Virus record (IMG/VR): IMGVR_UViG_3300010226_000007
Coordinates: 1-57,770 of that record
Length of the DNA stretch: 57,770 nt
Source: a virus
Lineage: Duplodnaviria > Caudoviricetes
Direction: 5' to 3' (one strand)
Every line of letters begins with the position of its first letter. Within the stretch, counting starts at the first letter, position 1. Shown piece by piece: positions 8,935-17,565 of this stretch. The translations under genes were made by a program, and so were the position numbers. A model generated the notes under the pieces. That model did no database searches. It was not told the origin of the DNA and worked only from the letters and a program-made list of their open reading frames with translations.

Positions 8935-9459
8935 TTGCCCAAGCATCTGGAACTCGTGCCCGAATTCAAGGACGATCTCGATCGGCCAGCCTGGTGGCAC
9001 AGGCAGCAGTGGCTCAGCGCCCGGACCGACTGGTCGAAGGTCCGCAAGCCGATGACCGAGGAAATGCGGAGGCGGGCTTACGCCCGCGAGGGCATCCCGT
9101 ACCCGGGCGACGCGCAACCGGCGCCTGAGCAGCCCGTTCCCGCCGTCGCTCCTCCCCGGAAGCCGAAGCAGAAGACGACTGCCACGACGGCGCACACCTA
9201 TCTGGTGGCGGCGGACGGCACGCACCTGGTGAAGATCGGTATCGCGAAGGATCCGGTGCGCCGGCTGAAGGAGCTTCAGACGGGCCAGCCGATGCAACTT
9301 CACCTGCTGTGGTCCGTGGCCGGGAATTTCGAGAACGACTTGCATGTGCACTTCGCCGCTTATCGAGTGCGCGGCGAATGGTTCGATCTGACGTCCCTCG
9401 GTGAGCCGATAGACGTCGTGAAGGCGGCCGTCGGTGAGATCGAGGCCGCCCGCGCCTGA
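8935..9459 (+). CDS. GIY-YIG (T5orf172-like) nuclease domain protein
   Basis: TYLV...VKIGIAKDPVRRLKELQTG...E..LH..F...RVRGEWF motif. Confidence 0.75.
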   Translation: MPKHLELVPEFKDDLDRPAWWHRQQWLSARTDWSKVRKPMTEEMRRRAYAREGIPYPGDAQPAPEQPVPAVAPPRKPKQKTTATTAHTYLVAADGTHLVKIGIAKDPVRRLKELQTGQPMQLHLLWSVAGNFENDLHVHFAAYRVRGEWFDLTSLGEPIDVVKAAVGEIEAARA

Positions 9460-9473
9460 CCCCCTGCACGCCA

Positions 9474-9508
9474 AAACGGCGCCCGCCCCGTTGGGGTGGG
9501 CGCCGTTT
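9474..9508. terminator. Bidirectional terminator
   Basis: AAACGGCGCCC...GGGCGCCGTTT hairpin between convergent genes. Confidence 0.7.
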
Positions 9509-9513
9509 GCGTG

Positions 9514-9990
9514 TCAGCGTCGTCGTTGCGGTGGCCCGTAGGGGCTTTGCCAGGCGGGCCGGTCGCGTGGCCGGGGTGGCTTTCCGCAGTCGTTGCAGCC
9601 TTCGGCTTCGGGTAGGTGCGCGAGGGCTTCTTTCATCCGCGCGAACTGGTCGGCGACTTGCCGGAACTGCTGGGTGACGCGTTCGGCGAAGGCTTGGAAT
9701 CCGGCCCGGAAGTGGGCGTGGATTTCTTCGAGTGCGGCTCGGGCTTCGAGGGCGGCGAGTCGTGCGTGTTCGGTGTCGCGGCCTTGTTCGGCTTCGAGGA
9801 CGGCGGTGCGGGCTTGTTCGGGGGTGAGGCCGTGTCGTTCGGTGAGCCGGCGGGCGAGGGCGGTGGATCCGTTGGCGCGTGGCCGGGTGACGGGTGGTGG
9901 CGGGTCGGGGGTGCTGCGCATGGCGTCGGGGCCGATGTCGTAGTCGTGGAGGGCTGTGTCGATCTGGTTGAGGACGTCATCGGCGCGCAT
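9514..9990 (-). CDS. Hypothetical phage protein
   Basis: 158 aa ORF, GGAGG RBS, overlaps the upstream stop. Confidence 0.65.
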   Translation of the reverse strand: MRADDVLNQIDTALHDYDIGPDAMRSTPDPPPPVTRPRANGSTALARRLTERHGLTPEQARTAVLEAEQGRDTEHARLAALEARAALEEIHAHFRAGFQAFAERVTQQFRQVADQFARMKEALAHLPEAEGCNDCGKPPRPRDRPAWQSPYGPPQRRR

Positions 9991-10271
9991 CAGGAGGCCT
10001 CCCCGTCGTACTTGGCGCTCCAGTATGTCCGGTCGTCTGCGGCGGCTTCGGCGACGCTGGGCCCGTCGTTGTGGGCGGGGCGGAGGTATTCGCCTTCGAC
10101 GTAGGGGGCGTGGTCGCTGTGGCCGTTGTCGGCTCGTTGGCGGCAGAGCCAGTCGCCGGTGGGGCCGAAGCAGAGGAGGCCGCGGTGTGGCGGCCCGTTG
10201 TCGACCATTTCGACTCCGTCGACCCAGAATCGCCGCCGGCCTTGGGGGTTCGTGTCCGCGGGCTCGTTCAT
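9990..10271 (-). CDS. Hypothetical phage protein
   Basis: 93 aa, GGAGG RBS. Confidence 0.6.
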   Translation of the reverse strand: MNEPADTNPQGRRRFWVDGVEMVDNGPPHRGLLCFGPTGDWLCRQRADNGHSDHAPYVEGEYLRPAHNDGPSVAEAAADDRTYWSAKYDGEAS

Positions 10272-10621
10272 GCGGCCTCCTGCTGCTGGTCGTTGCTGGC
10301 GTGTCGGTTTCGTCGTTGGGCCCGGTAGTCGAGTTCGCCTCGCACGCAGTCGTCGCAGGGTGCTTCGCGGCGGCGGGTGTGGGCGACGAATCCGGCGTGG
10401 TCGCCGTGGCGTTGGGGTCGGCCGTCGAGGATTCCGGCCTGGCAGGCGAGGAGGATGGCCTGTTCGTTGGTGGTGGCGCCGAGTTTGCGGCGGAGGCGTT
10501 CGGCGACGGTCCAGATGGAGGTCATTTCCATGTGCCAGGCTTCGGCGATCTGGCGTGTGGTTTCGCCTCGGCCGAGCCGGCTCAGGAACTCGATCTCGCG
10601 TTCGTTGACTGCCGGCTTCAC
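10268..10621 (-). CDS. LuxR-type HTH protein with His/Cys tail
   Basis: NEREIEFL...GETTRQIA...LRRKLGA plus HG...H...PCDDC. Confidence 0.65.
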   Translation of the reverse strand: MKPAVNEREIEFLSRLGRGETTRQIAEAWHMEMTSIWTVAERLRRKLGATTNEQAILLACQAGILDGRPQRHGDHAGFVAHTRRREAPCDDCVRGELDYRAQRRNRHASNDQQQEAA

Positions 10622-10797
10622 GGCTGCCTCCGTGACCTGGGGAGTCGTCCGCGGGCGTCCAACACCCCGTCGGCGCGGGCGAGGAGGAGTAGGGCGCGGC
10701 GGAGGACGCTGCCGGGGCGTTCGCCGCGGCGGGCGTAGGCGGTGAGGATGGCGGCGCTGCCGTCGTCGGGCTGCCAGCGCAGTGGCGGGCGGGTCAC
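10618..10797 (-). CDS. Small hypothetical protein (possible ribbon-helix-helix)
   Basis: 59 aa VTRPPLRWQPDD...SVLRRALLLLA; 4 bp overlaps on both sides; not in ORF track. Confidence 0.45.
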   Translation of the reverse strand: MTRPPLRWQPDDGSAAILTAYARRGERPGSVLRRALLLLARADGVLDARGRLPRSRRQP

Positions 10798-11012
10798 GGC
10801 TGCTCCTGGTCGGCCCAGTGGATGACGGCGCCTTCGTAGTCGTCGGTGATGACGTCGGCGTTGAGGAACGCGGTGATCCCGTTCTCGGTGTCGGCGACGA
10901 TGCGTTTGCTGTCGAGGAATTCGACGCCGTGGATGTCGGGTTGGCCGGGGATTTTGGCGACGAACCGGCGCGAGAAGCGGATCTGGTCGGGGCGGTCGGG
11001 CTGTTCGGTCAC
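10794..11012 (-). CDS. Hypothetical protein
   Basis: GTG start with GAGGA RBS; coupled overlaps. Confidence 0.55.
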   Translation of the reverse strand: MTEQPDRPDQIRFSRRFVAKIPGQPDIHGVEFLDSKRIVADTENGITAFLNADVITDDYEGAVIHWADQEQP

Positions 11013-11170
11013 AGGTAGTCCTCGCTGACGTGCACGGTGCGGATGGTGTCGGCTGCGGTGGCGGTGAGGCCTTGCCCCCACAGGTCGACGTGGAGCCAGC
11101 CTTCGGGTGGTGGCTGGTCGGATTCCCACGCGTAGGCGGGGAGGTCTTCGGTCGCCCAGTACTCGGTCAC
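11009..11170 (-). CDS. Hypothetical small protein
   Basis: 53 aa VTEYWATEDLPAYAWE...; GTGA overlaps at both ends. Confidence 0.45.
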   Translation of the reverse strand: MTEYWATEDLPAYAWESDQPPPEGWLHVDLWGQGLTATAADTIRTVHVSEDYL

Positions 11171-11406
11171 GGCTGGGCCTCGGCCTGTCGGGCGCAGTGG
11201 CAGGCGCAGTTGCCGGTGGGTTCGGGTTGTCCGGTGGCGGCCGCGTGTTCGCGGTCTTCGTCGTCGGCCCAGGGGTGTGGCTGGGGCGGGTCGTAGTGCT
11301 GGTCGAACATGCAGTTCCAGCAGCGGCTGTAGCAGACGATCGCGGGCGTCTCGCCTTGCAGGGCGGCGAGGAGTTGCTGCGCGGCTTCGGGGTCGGGTGT
11401 GGTCAC
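11167..11406 (-). CDS. Cys-rich small protein
   Basis: CYSRCWNC...CACHC. Confidence 0.55.
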   Translation of the reverse strand: MTTPDPEAAQQLLAALQGETPAIVCYSRCWNCMFDQHYDPPQPHPWADDEDREHAAATGQPEPTGNCACHCARQAEAQP

Positions 11407-11708
11407 GGTTGGCCTCTTCTCGGCTCTGTGCGCCCGTCTGCGGGGCGCGTGCGTGGGTGGTGGGGGTCTGATGGGTCGGGGCCGTGTGGGGCCGTCAGGC
11501 GGGCGCAGGACGGCGCGGGTTGGGCCGGACGCCCTCAGGCGGCCCTGAGACGGCCTAGGAGCGTCCGGGTGGCACTGGGAGGCCCGGAGCGGCTCCGAGG
11601 CCGTCTACGCCCGTTCTCTGCCCCCAGGAAGCGGCTCCAGGGGGTGAGGTGAGAGGCTGGGCCAGCCGGCCGCCGCTGGGTGGAACAGCGGCGGCCGGTG
11701 CGGTGTGG

Positions 11709-11930
11709 TCACGGCGCGTCGACGGCCGAGAGGCCGAGGCGGGTGGCCAGCCGCTCGTGCGCGGCGGCCTCGTCCTCGTATGCGGCACGCAGCCTTGCAA
11801 CGGCGCGACGCAGCCGACGGATGGTGCGCTCCCGGTTGGCGATCAGGAGGTCGATGACGGCTTCCGGGTCGCAGCGGTCGAGTTCGTACTGGAGTCGGGC
11901 TAGCTCCTGGGCGGGCGTGGTGCCGCTCAT
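11709..11930 (-). CDS. Hypothetical coiled-coil protein
   Basis: 73 aa ORF. Confidence 0.5.
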   Translation of the reverse strand: MSGTTPAQELARLQYELDRCDPEAVIDLLIANRERTIRRLRRAVARLRAAYEDEAAAHERLATRLGLSAVDAP

Positions 11931-11936
11931 GCGGGG

Positions 11937-12317
11937 TCACGCTCCCGTCTCGACGGCCGGCCGGACGGCGCAGCCGGGGCAGTCGTCGATGTGCTCGGGG
12001 TCGTCGCTGTCGTCGGCGACCACGTGCGTCTCCTCCACGTCATCGACGGGCGTGAGCCGGGCGGGGCAGAAGGTGGCGCTCATCCCCTCGGCCAGGTTGA
12101 GCCACATGAACGAGCCCTCGGTGAGGTCTCGGTCGGTGCGGAAGAAGCAGTCCGCCAGCTCCGGGCGGCCCTTCTCGGCGAGGACCGGGGTCAGGTGCGG
12201 GATGGCGTGCGCGGCGACGGCCCGGGTGGCCTCGGTGCGGTCGGTGAAGTCGACCGTGATCGGCGGTACGGGCCAGGCGGGGCCGAACTCGATGCGGTAG
12301 GTCGTGGTGGGGTTCAT
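11937..12317 (-). CDS. Hypothetical protein
   Basis: 126 aa, GGAG RBS; ends HVVADDSDDPEHIDDCPGC. Confidence 0.6.
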   Translation of the reverse strand: MNPTTTYRIEFGPAWPVPPITVDFTDRTEATRAVAAHAIPHLTPVLAEKGRPELADCFFRTDRDLTEGSFMWLNLAEGMSATFCPARLTPVDDVEETHVVADDSDDPEHIDDCPGCAVRPAVETGA

Positions 12318-12386
12318 GCGGGTCTCCGTTTCCGTACTGACCGGTCAGTTGGCTTGGTGGTGTGGTTGGCGCGGGGGGCGAGACGC

Positions 12387-13544
12387 TCAGGCGGCCATGG
12401 GTGTCTGCTGGGCGAGCGGGATGCCGGTGGCGGCGGACACGATGTGCGCGGCCAGCAGCGGCGGCACGGCGTTGCCGATCTGCTCAAACTGCTTGGTCTT
12501 CGTTCCGTGCCACGGGTAGTCCGGACGGAACGACTGCAGGACCGACGCCTCTTCCACCGTGATCCGCACGGTCTCGGGGCTGGCGAACTGGGACTCGCCG
12601 CCGGCGTCGCGGTTGCGGTGGCCGGGCGGGGAGATCCGGTCGGTGGCGCACACCGTGGTCGCCGGGCGCTTCAGCACCCACTGGCCGCCCGCCTTGGATG
12701 TGAAGGCTGGCGCGGGTGCGGCGTAGGGGTCGGCGGTCTGCCTGCTGCCGTCCGCGCGCTGATCGCGGTTCGTGTGCAGCACCCACGACCGGGTCTTCTC
12801 GGTGAGCGCCCACGAAGGCCGGTCGGCGGGGAACTCGTTGCCGCCGGCGGTCTTGCGGTCGCCGCGGGTGTTGACGGTCAGGCCCTCGGTCCAGCCGAGC
12901 GCTTCGGCCATGGATACCCACGGCTGCAGGCACTCGCCGAACAGATCCCACTCAGGCGCCTTGGCGTGCGTCGGATCGGGCGCGGTGACCTTGCGGATGC
13001 GGGAGGCGATGAGGATGGCGCGCTGCCGGGTCTGCGGCACCCCGTAGTCGGCGGCGTTGAGGACGCCCGCCCACGTGCTGTAGCCCCACTGCTGGAGGTA
13101 GAGGGCGTACTGCTTCCACAGCGGGAGGACGTCGGGGACTTCCTCCATGCACACCCACTCCGGGCGCAGGTCGTACAGCCAGCGCATCGGCTCGGCGGCC
13201 AGCAGCGACCGTTCGTCCCTGCACTGGGCGAGCAACTCGGCGCGGGTGTCGCGGCCGTGGGCGAGGTCGTGGACGGCGCGCTGCACGAGGGGCTGGTCGG
13301 CGAGGCCGCCGCGCTTCCCGGCACGCGACCAGGCCTGGCACGGCGGGGACCAGATCTGTCCACGCGACTTCCCCTTGAAGGGGGCCGTCGGATACTGCGA
13401 CACGTCGCACTGGATGGCCAGGTGCCCGGCGGCCACCCGGGTTCGGCAAGCGGCCGTGTCGAACTCCAGGCCGACGTCGCGGAGTCCGAGGATGCGGAGC
13501 CCCTCAGACCAGCCTCCGGGGCCGGCGAATCCGTCGATGATCAC
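12387..13544 (-). CDS. C5 cytosine DNA methyltransferase
   Basis: Motif I FAGPGG, IV PPCQ, VI EEV, VIII QTRQR, X QIGNAV. Confidence 0.9.
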   Translation of the reverse strand: MIIDGFAGPGGWSEGLRILGLRDVGLEFDTAACRTRVAAGHLAIQCDVSQYPTAPFKGKSRGQIWSPPCQAWSRAGKRGGLADQPLVQRAVHDLAHGRDTRAELLAQCRDERSLLAAEPMRWLYDLRPEWVCMEEVPDVLPLWKQYALYLQQWGYSTWAGVLNAADYGVPQTRQRAILIASRIRKVTAPDPTHAKAPEWDLFGECLQPWVSMAEALGWTEGLTVNTRGDRKTAGGNEFPADRPSWALTEKTRSWVLHTNRDQRADGSRQTADPYAAPAPAFTSKAGGQWVLKRPATTVCATDRISPPGHRNRDAGGESQFASPETVRITVEEASVLQSFRPDYPWHGTKTKQFEQIGNAVPPLLAAHIVSAATGIPLAQQTPMAA

Positions 13545-13786
13545 GCGGCGTCTCCTTGCTGCGAGTGGTGGCAGGGCCGGGCGGCGGTTTGGGGGACGAA
13601 GCGGCGGCCGAGGAGGCAGACCGTTCCGTCGCTCTCTTGCGTGAGGTCGAAGCCCTTCACGTGGGCCTTGAGGACGTTGGCCCGGACCTGCTCGGCGGGC
13701 ACGCCTACGTGGAGGAGGCGGCCGTTGGCGTACAGGTCATGGGGTGCGTCACGGACGTCGTCCGGCTGGACGGTGGTGGTGGTCAT
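13541..13786 (-). CDS. Hypothetical protein
   Basis: MTTTTVQPDDV..., GGAG RBS, coupled overlaps. Confidence 0.55.
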   Translation of the reverse strand: MTTTTVQPDDVRDAPHDLYANGRLLHVGVPAEQVRANVLKAHVKGFDLTQESDGTVCLLGRRFVPQTAARPCHHSQQGDAA

Positions 13787-14064
13787 GCGACTTCTCCTGT
13801 CTGCTGGCTGTGGAGTGCGGGGTTGCCGCCGCACTTGGCGCACGTGCACATGTCGGGTGGCGGAGTCGGCCCGGTGGCTGCGGTACCGAGAGGCCAGCCG
13901 CCGACGTGAGTGATCTGGTAGCCGCGGGCCGGAGTCGTTTCGGTCTCGGGCTGCTCGTCCTGGGGGGCGGTGACAGTCCGGCCGGTGATGTGCCGCAGGT
14001 AGTCGCGGAAACTGTCGGGGTCTTTGCGGAGTTCGGCGATGTCCTCGACGTTGGGCTCTGTCAT
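13783..14064 (-). CDS. Hypothetical protein
   Basis: 93 aa, C-terminal CxCxxC. Confidence 0.55.
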   Translation of the reverse strand: MTEPNVEDIAELRKDPDSFRDYLRHITGRTVTAPQDEQPETETTPARGYQITHVGGWPLGTAATGPTPPPDMCTCAKCGGNPALHSQQTGEVA

Positions 14065-14747
14065 CAGGCGGCCTCCCCGTGCTCGAAGCGGGCGGTGCGC
14101 CCGAGCGTGTAGGCCGCCTCAAGGTGCGGGCCGACGGGTATGCCCGGATAGAGCATGGGCTTCGTCAGGTCACCCTTCGGGGGCTTCGTCGAGGGGCGGC
14201 CAATCGGGATCGGCATGGCGCCCCAACGCTGGAACGTCTCCAGGTCCCGGGGCTTCATGGCGCCCAAGTCGGCGCCCAGGCGCTCGAGGTCGTTCGCTGC
14301 CATGAGCCAGCTCAGGCCGTACAGGACTGGCGGGAAGGTGCACTCGTCGGAGCAGCGATGGAGTGGGGAACGGAGGAGTTCGTCGCAGTACGCGCCGCGG
14401 GTGACGCTGTGGTGCAGTGGGGCGGCGCCGTTGGTGTCGGGGATCTGGCCGAGGATGAGCAGGTTCGTGCTGCCGCCGTCGGGACCCAGGCCCTTGGTGG
14501 GGTGGACGGCGTCGGCGAGCAGGGACAGGTCGAGCCAGTCCTGGCTGCCTTTGACCTCGACCCACCAGCCGATGTCGGGCAGGTGGAAGTCGGGCAGGTA
14601 GGGACGGCGGCTTTCGCCTACGCGGTAGCCCTGCGGTTCGTACTCCCAGCGGATACCGAGGTCGTTGAAGACGTGCGCCCAGCGGGCTTCGAGGCGGCTG
14701 CGGAAGTGATGGCCGGAGTAGTACGTGTTGATCGCCTGGATGGTCAT
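14064..14747 (-). CDS. PD-(D/E)XK nuclease-like protein
   Basis: FRSRLEARWA...WEYEP...YLPDF...WVEVKG. Confidence 0.65.
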   Translation of the reverse strand: MTIQAINTYYSGHHFRSRLEARWAHVFNDLGIRWEYEPQGYRVGESRRPYLPDFHLPDIGWWVEVKGSQDWLDLSLLADAVHPTKGLGPDGGSTNLLILGQIPDTNGAAPLHHSVTRGAYCDELLRSPLHRCSDECTFPPVLYGLSWLMAANDLERLGADLGAMKPRDLETFQRWGAMPIPIGRPSTKPPKGDLTKPMLYPGIPVGPHLEAAYTLGRTARFEHGEAA

Positions 14748-16159
14748 GCGGCGCCTCCGAGCGAGGAGGTGGGCGACCAGCTGGGCGGGGCGATGGAGCG
14801 GAGTCGGCCGAACTCGCCCTGGAAGTTGAGGGTGATCTCGCGGCCCTGGCCGCCGTTGCGGTTCTTGCCGACGATCAGGTCGACCTTGCCCGCGCTGGGT
14901 CCGGTGTCGGATCCGTCGGCAGCAAGTTCCCGGTGCAGCAGCAGGATGACGGAGGCGTCCTGCTCGATCTGCGAGGAGTCCTTGAAGTCGGTGACGAGGG
15001 GCTTGCGTCCGACGCTGCCGCGGTTGAACTGAGCGAGCGCGATGACGGGGACGGCGAACTCGTCTGCGATCAGCTTGAGTCCGCGGGAAATCTTTGCGAC
15101 TTCCTGGGCCCGGTTGGCGTCGCCGCCTTTGGTGGACTCAGGCGTGATCAGCTGCATGTAGTCGACGACGACGAGGCCGGGCCGTTGCCCCTGCGAGACC
15201 ATCCAACGGACGCGGGCACGGATCTTCGGAACGGTGAGGCCAGCGGAATCGTCGAGGATGAAGTTGTCGGCGTTCTGGATCCGTTCGGACACCTTGGCGA
15301 TGCGCACCCAGTCGTCGTCGGTGAGCCTGCGCCGGACGAGGTGGTCGAGCTTGACGCCGGCCTCGGCTGCGGTGAGGCGAGCGATGAGCTCTTTGCGGGT
15401 CATCTCCATAGAGGCGAACAGGACGGGCTTGCCGCGCCGCATAGCGACGTGAGCAGCCATGTTCATCCCGAGGAGGGACTTGCCGCCGCCGGTCGCGGCG
15501 CCGACAACGGTGAGCTCCTTGGGCTTGAACTGGACGACCTCGTTGAGGTCTTTCCACGGGGAGTCCAGGGCGTCCTTGTCGACACCCTCGTTGAGCTCGT
15601 CGACGAAGGAGGCCCAGTTGTCGGCAACGGACAGGCTCTCTTCGACCTGCCCGCCAGTGGCCTCGACGAGGAGGGCCTGCATGTCGGCCAGGGCCTTGTC
15701 GAGGATGACCTCGGGCTCGGCTTCGGCCATGCGGGCGGCGGCGCTGGCCTCGGTGTTGATCTGCATGATGCGGCGCAGTCGGTACAGGCGCACGACGATC
15801 TCTGCGTACCACTCGGTGTTTGCCGCGGTTGGGATCATCTGCACGCAGTGGTGCAGGTAGGAGGCGCCGCCGATCTTTTCCAGGTCGCCGTTGCGCTTGA
15901 GGTAATCGGAGACGGTGATCGGGTCGGGGCGGACGCCGGGGGCGCCGTGCAGGTCGAGGATGGCCCGGTAGATCGTCTCGTGCTTCGGCCAGTAGAACGC
16001 GGGCAGTTGGCCGATGATGCGCTCGGCGTCGTTGACACCGAGGGGGGCGAGCAGCATCCCGCCCATGACGGCCTGCTCGGCGTCGAGGTTGCGCGGCACA
16101 TCGGGCTCGGCCGGCTGGTCGTAGTCGTCGGCGGGGGGCTCGTCGTACAGGTCGGTCAC
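14744..16159 (-). CDS. dnaB: Replicative DnaB-like helicase
   Basis: AEQAVMG N-domain, GAATGGGKS, SMEM, VDYMQL, AQFNR, IEQDA, KNRNG. Confidence 0.92.
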   Translation of the reverse strand: MTDLYDEPPADDYDQPAEPDVPRNLDAEQAVMGGMLLAPLGVNDAERIIGQLPAFYWPKHETIYRAILDLHGAPGVRPDPITVSDYLKRNGDLEKIGGASYLHHCVQMIPTAANTEWYAEIVVRLYRLRRIMQINTEASAAARMAEAEPEVILDKALADMQALLVEATGGQVEESLSVADNWASFVDELNEGVDKDALDSPWKDLNEVVQFKPKELTVVGAATGGGKSLLGMNMAAHVAMRRGKPVLFASMEMTRKELIARLTAAEAGVKLDHLVRRRLTDDDWVRIAKVSERIQNADNFILDDSAGLTVPKIRARVRWMVSQGQRPGLVVVDYMQLITPESTKGGDANRAQEVAKISRGLKLIADEFAVPVIALAQFNRGSVGRKPLVTDFKDSSQIEQDASVILLLHRELAADGSDTGPSAGKVDLIVGKNRNGGQGREITLNFQGEFGRLRSIAPPSWSPTSSLGGAA

Positions 16160-17067
16160 TTGCGGGCTCCTTGGTTGTGTGGGTGGCAGATGGCGCACGG
16201 GATGAGGACGGGGAGGCCTTCGTCGTCTTCGACTTCGCGCAGTCGGGTGTCGGGGTGGCAGTCGATGTCGCCGCAGTGCGGGCCGGCCTGGGCTGGCGAC
16301 GAATTGCGGCTGGGCGGGACGTAGCCGGGTGGCAGTGGCGCGAGTTGGCGCCAGGCGGGAATGAAGTACTTGGCGGACTCGACGCTGGTGCGCGCGGCGA
16401 CCTTGACGGCTGAGGCGACCATGGCGTCGATGCCGGACTTTTTGATCAGGGCTTCGATGACGAACCACTGGTTGCCCTCGAAGGGCCAGCGGATGTAGCC
16501 GAGCCCGGCTCGGCTCATTGCATCGACGAGGGGACGGACGTTGCGGGGGATGCCGTAGTCGTACTCGCCCTGCGCACCCTCCGGCTCCCCTTCTTGCTTG
16601 CTGGGAATTGGGGATGGGGAGTGTGGGCCTGATTCCGGCCCACTAGAGGGCCTGATTCCGGCCCACTCTGTACCGGATTCCGGCCCACTAGCGTGATCAT
16701 GGTTGGTGTCTAGTGGGCCTGATTCCGGCCCACTACGGGTGGTGTGAAGATCTCCTAGTGGGCCTGATTCCGGCCCACTAGCGACGGACGGGCGGATGAA
16801 TCCGACGGCCTTCGGAAGGCTGTAGAGGGACGGGCGGGTCCCCTTTCCCTGCTCGATGATCTGAAGCTCGCCGTCCTCGACAGCCTTCTGGACCGCCGCC
16901 TTCGCCACGGACCTCGAGGCGTTGAGAGCTCGCGTGAAGTCGGCATAGCTGAGCCGTGCCTCGCACGACGAAGTGCGCACCTGGTCCGCCACAAAGAGCA
17001 GGGCGAGCCGGGCGTTACCCCTGGACTGGGAGTGGTTCCACACCCAGTGCATCGCGTCGAGGGTCAC
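16156..17067 (-). CDS. Phage replication initiator (N-terminal wHTH)
   Basis: Coupled to dnaB; wHTH-like N terminus; internal SGPESGP repeats encoded by DNA iterons. Confidence 0.75.
   Translation of the reverse strand: MTLDAMHWVWNHSQSRGNARLALLFVADQVRTSSCEARLSYADFTRALNASRSVAKAAVQKAVEDGELQIIEQGKGTRPSLYSLPKAVGFIRPSVASGPESGPLGDLHTTRSGPESGPLDTNHDHASGPESGTEWAGIRPSSGPESGPHSPSPIPSKQEGEPEGAQGEYDYGIPRNVRPLVDAMSRAGLGYIRWPFEGNQWFVIEALIKKSGIDAMVASAVKVAARTSVESAKYFIPAWRQLAPLPPGYVPPSRNSSPAQAGPHCGDIDCHPDTRLREVEDDEGLPVLIPCAICHPHNQGARK
16623..16780. repeat. Palindromic iterons, putative replication origin
   Basis: Five copies (two perfect at 16711-16735 and 16756-16780) of TAGTGGGCC-TGATTCC-GGCCCACTA. Confidence 0.75.
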
Positions 17068-17174
17068 GGTTTCCTTCTTCCGGGAGGGGTGTCTCTGCTG
17101 GTCGTTCGCTGTTTTGAGGCAGCCCTCATGGGGGCGGCGTGACCCGCGGGGCGGGTGCTTCGCTCACCCCTGAA

Positions 17175-17200
17175 TTGTACAACGCGTCGCTCTGTACAAC
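17175..17200. promoter_or_regulatory. Putative operator
   Basis: TGTACAAC twice (TTGTACAA palindrome) between the divergent initiator and Phd-like genes. Confidence 0.5.
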
Positions 17201-17224
17201 ACGGCTCTTGTGTATCCTGGCCGC

Positions 17225-17509
17225 ATGGATGAGAGGAAGGTCCGCGAGATGGGCGTCTCCGACGCCCGCGCCAACATGACCGACGTGATTGCCGAGGCTC
17301 GGCTGCTCGACGTCGACTTCCTGCTCACCCGCCGCGACAAGCCGCAAGCCGCGCTCATCTCCCTCAAGCGCTACGGCCAAGCCCGGACGAACGCAGACCT
17401 CGTGGCCCAGCTGCGCACGGTCTTCGAGGAGGACACGTCGGTTGCGAACACCTTCCGCGTGCACTACTCGACGCTCTACGACGGCGTCATGGCCGCCGAC
17501 TCGGACTGA
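17225..17509 (+). CDS. Phd/YefM-family protein, no toxin partner
   Basis: MGVSDARANMTDVI...LLTRRDKPQAALIS. Confidence 0.75.
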   Translation: MDERKVREMGVSDARANMTDVIAEARLLDVDFLLTRRDKPQAALISLKRYGQARTNADLVAQLRTVFEEDTSVANTFRVHYSTLYDGVMAADSD

Positions 17510-17531
17510 TCGCATCTCCCCTCCTTCCTCC

Positions 17532-17554
17532 GGCCCCGCCGCGGCGGGGCCTTT
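17532..17554 (+). terminator. Intrinsic terminator
   Basis: GGCCCCGCC-GC-GGCGGGGCC-TTT. Confidence 0.6.
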
Positions 17555-17565
17555 GTCGTGTGCGG

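Noticed and set aside
11410-11705. Gene or ncRNA in the gap
   Set aside because: Only low-complexity overlapping ORFs and weak GC hairpins; no call can be supported.
11991-13913. Long + strand ORFs (also 4302..6227, 41925..44111, 55070..57256 and similar)
   Set aside because: Antisense shadows of real genes in high-GC DNA, with no motifs and no RBS.
16623-16780. Palindromic 25 bp repeats as a mini-CRISPR
   Set aside because: Spacers are irregular (roughly 0-20 bp) and the repeats lie inside the initiator ORF, as expected for iterons.
17225-17560. Complete type II toxin-antitoxin pair
   Set aside because: A terminator follows the Phd-like gene and no toxin ORF is adjacent.
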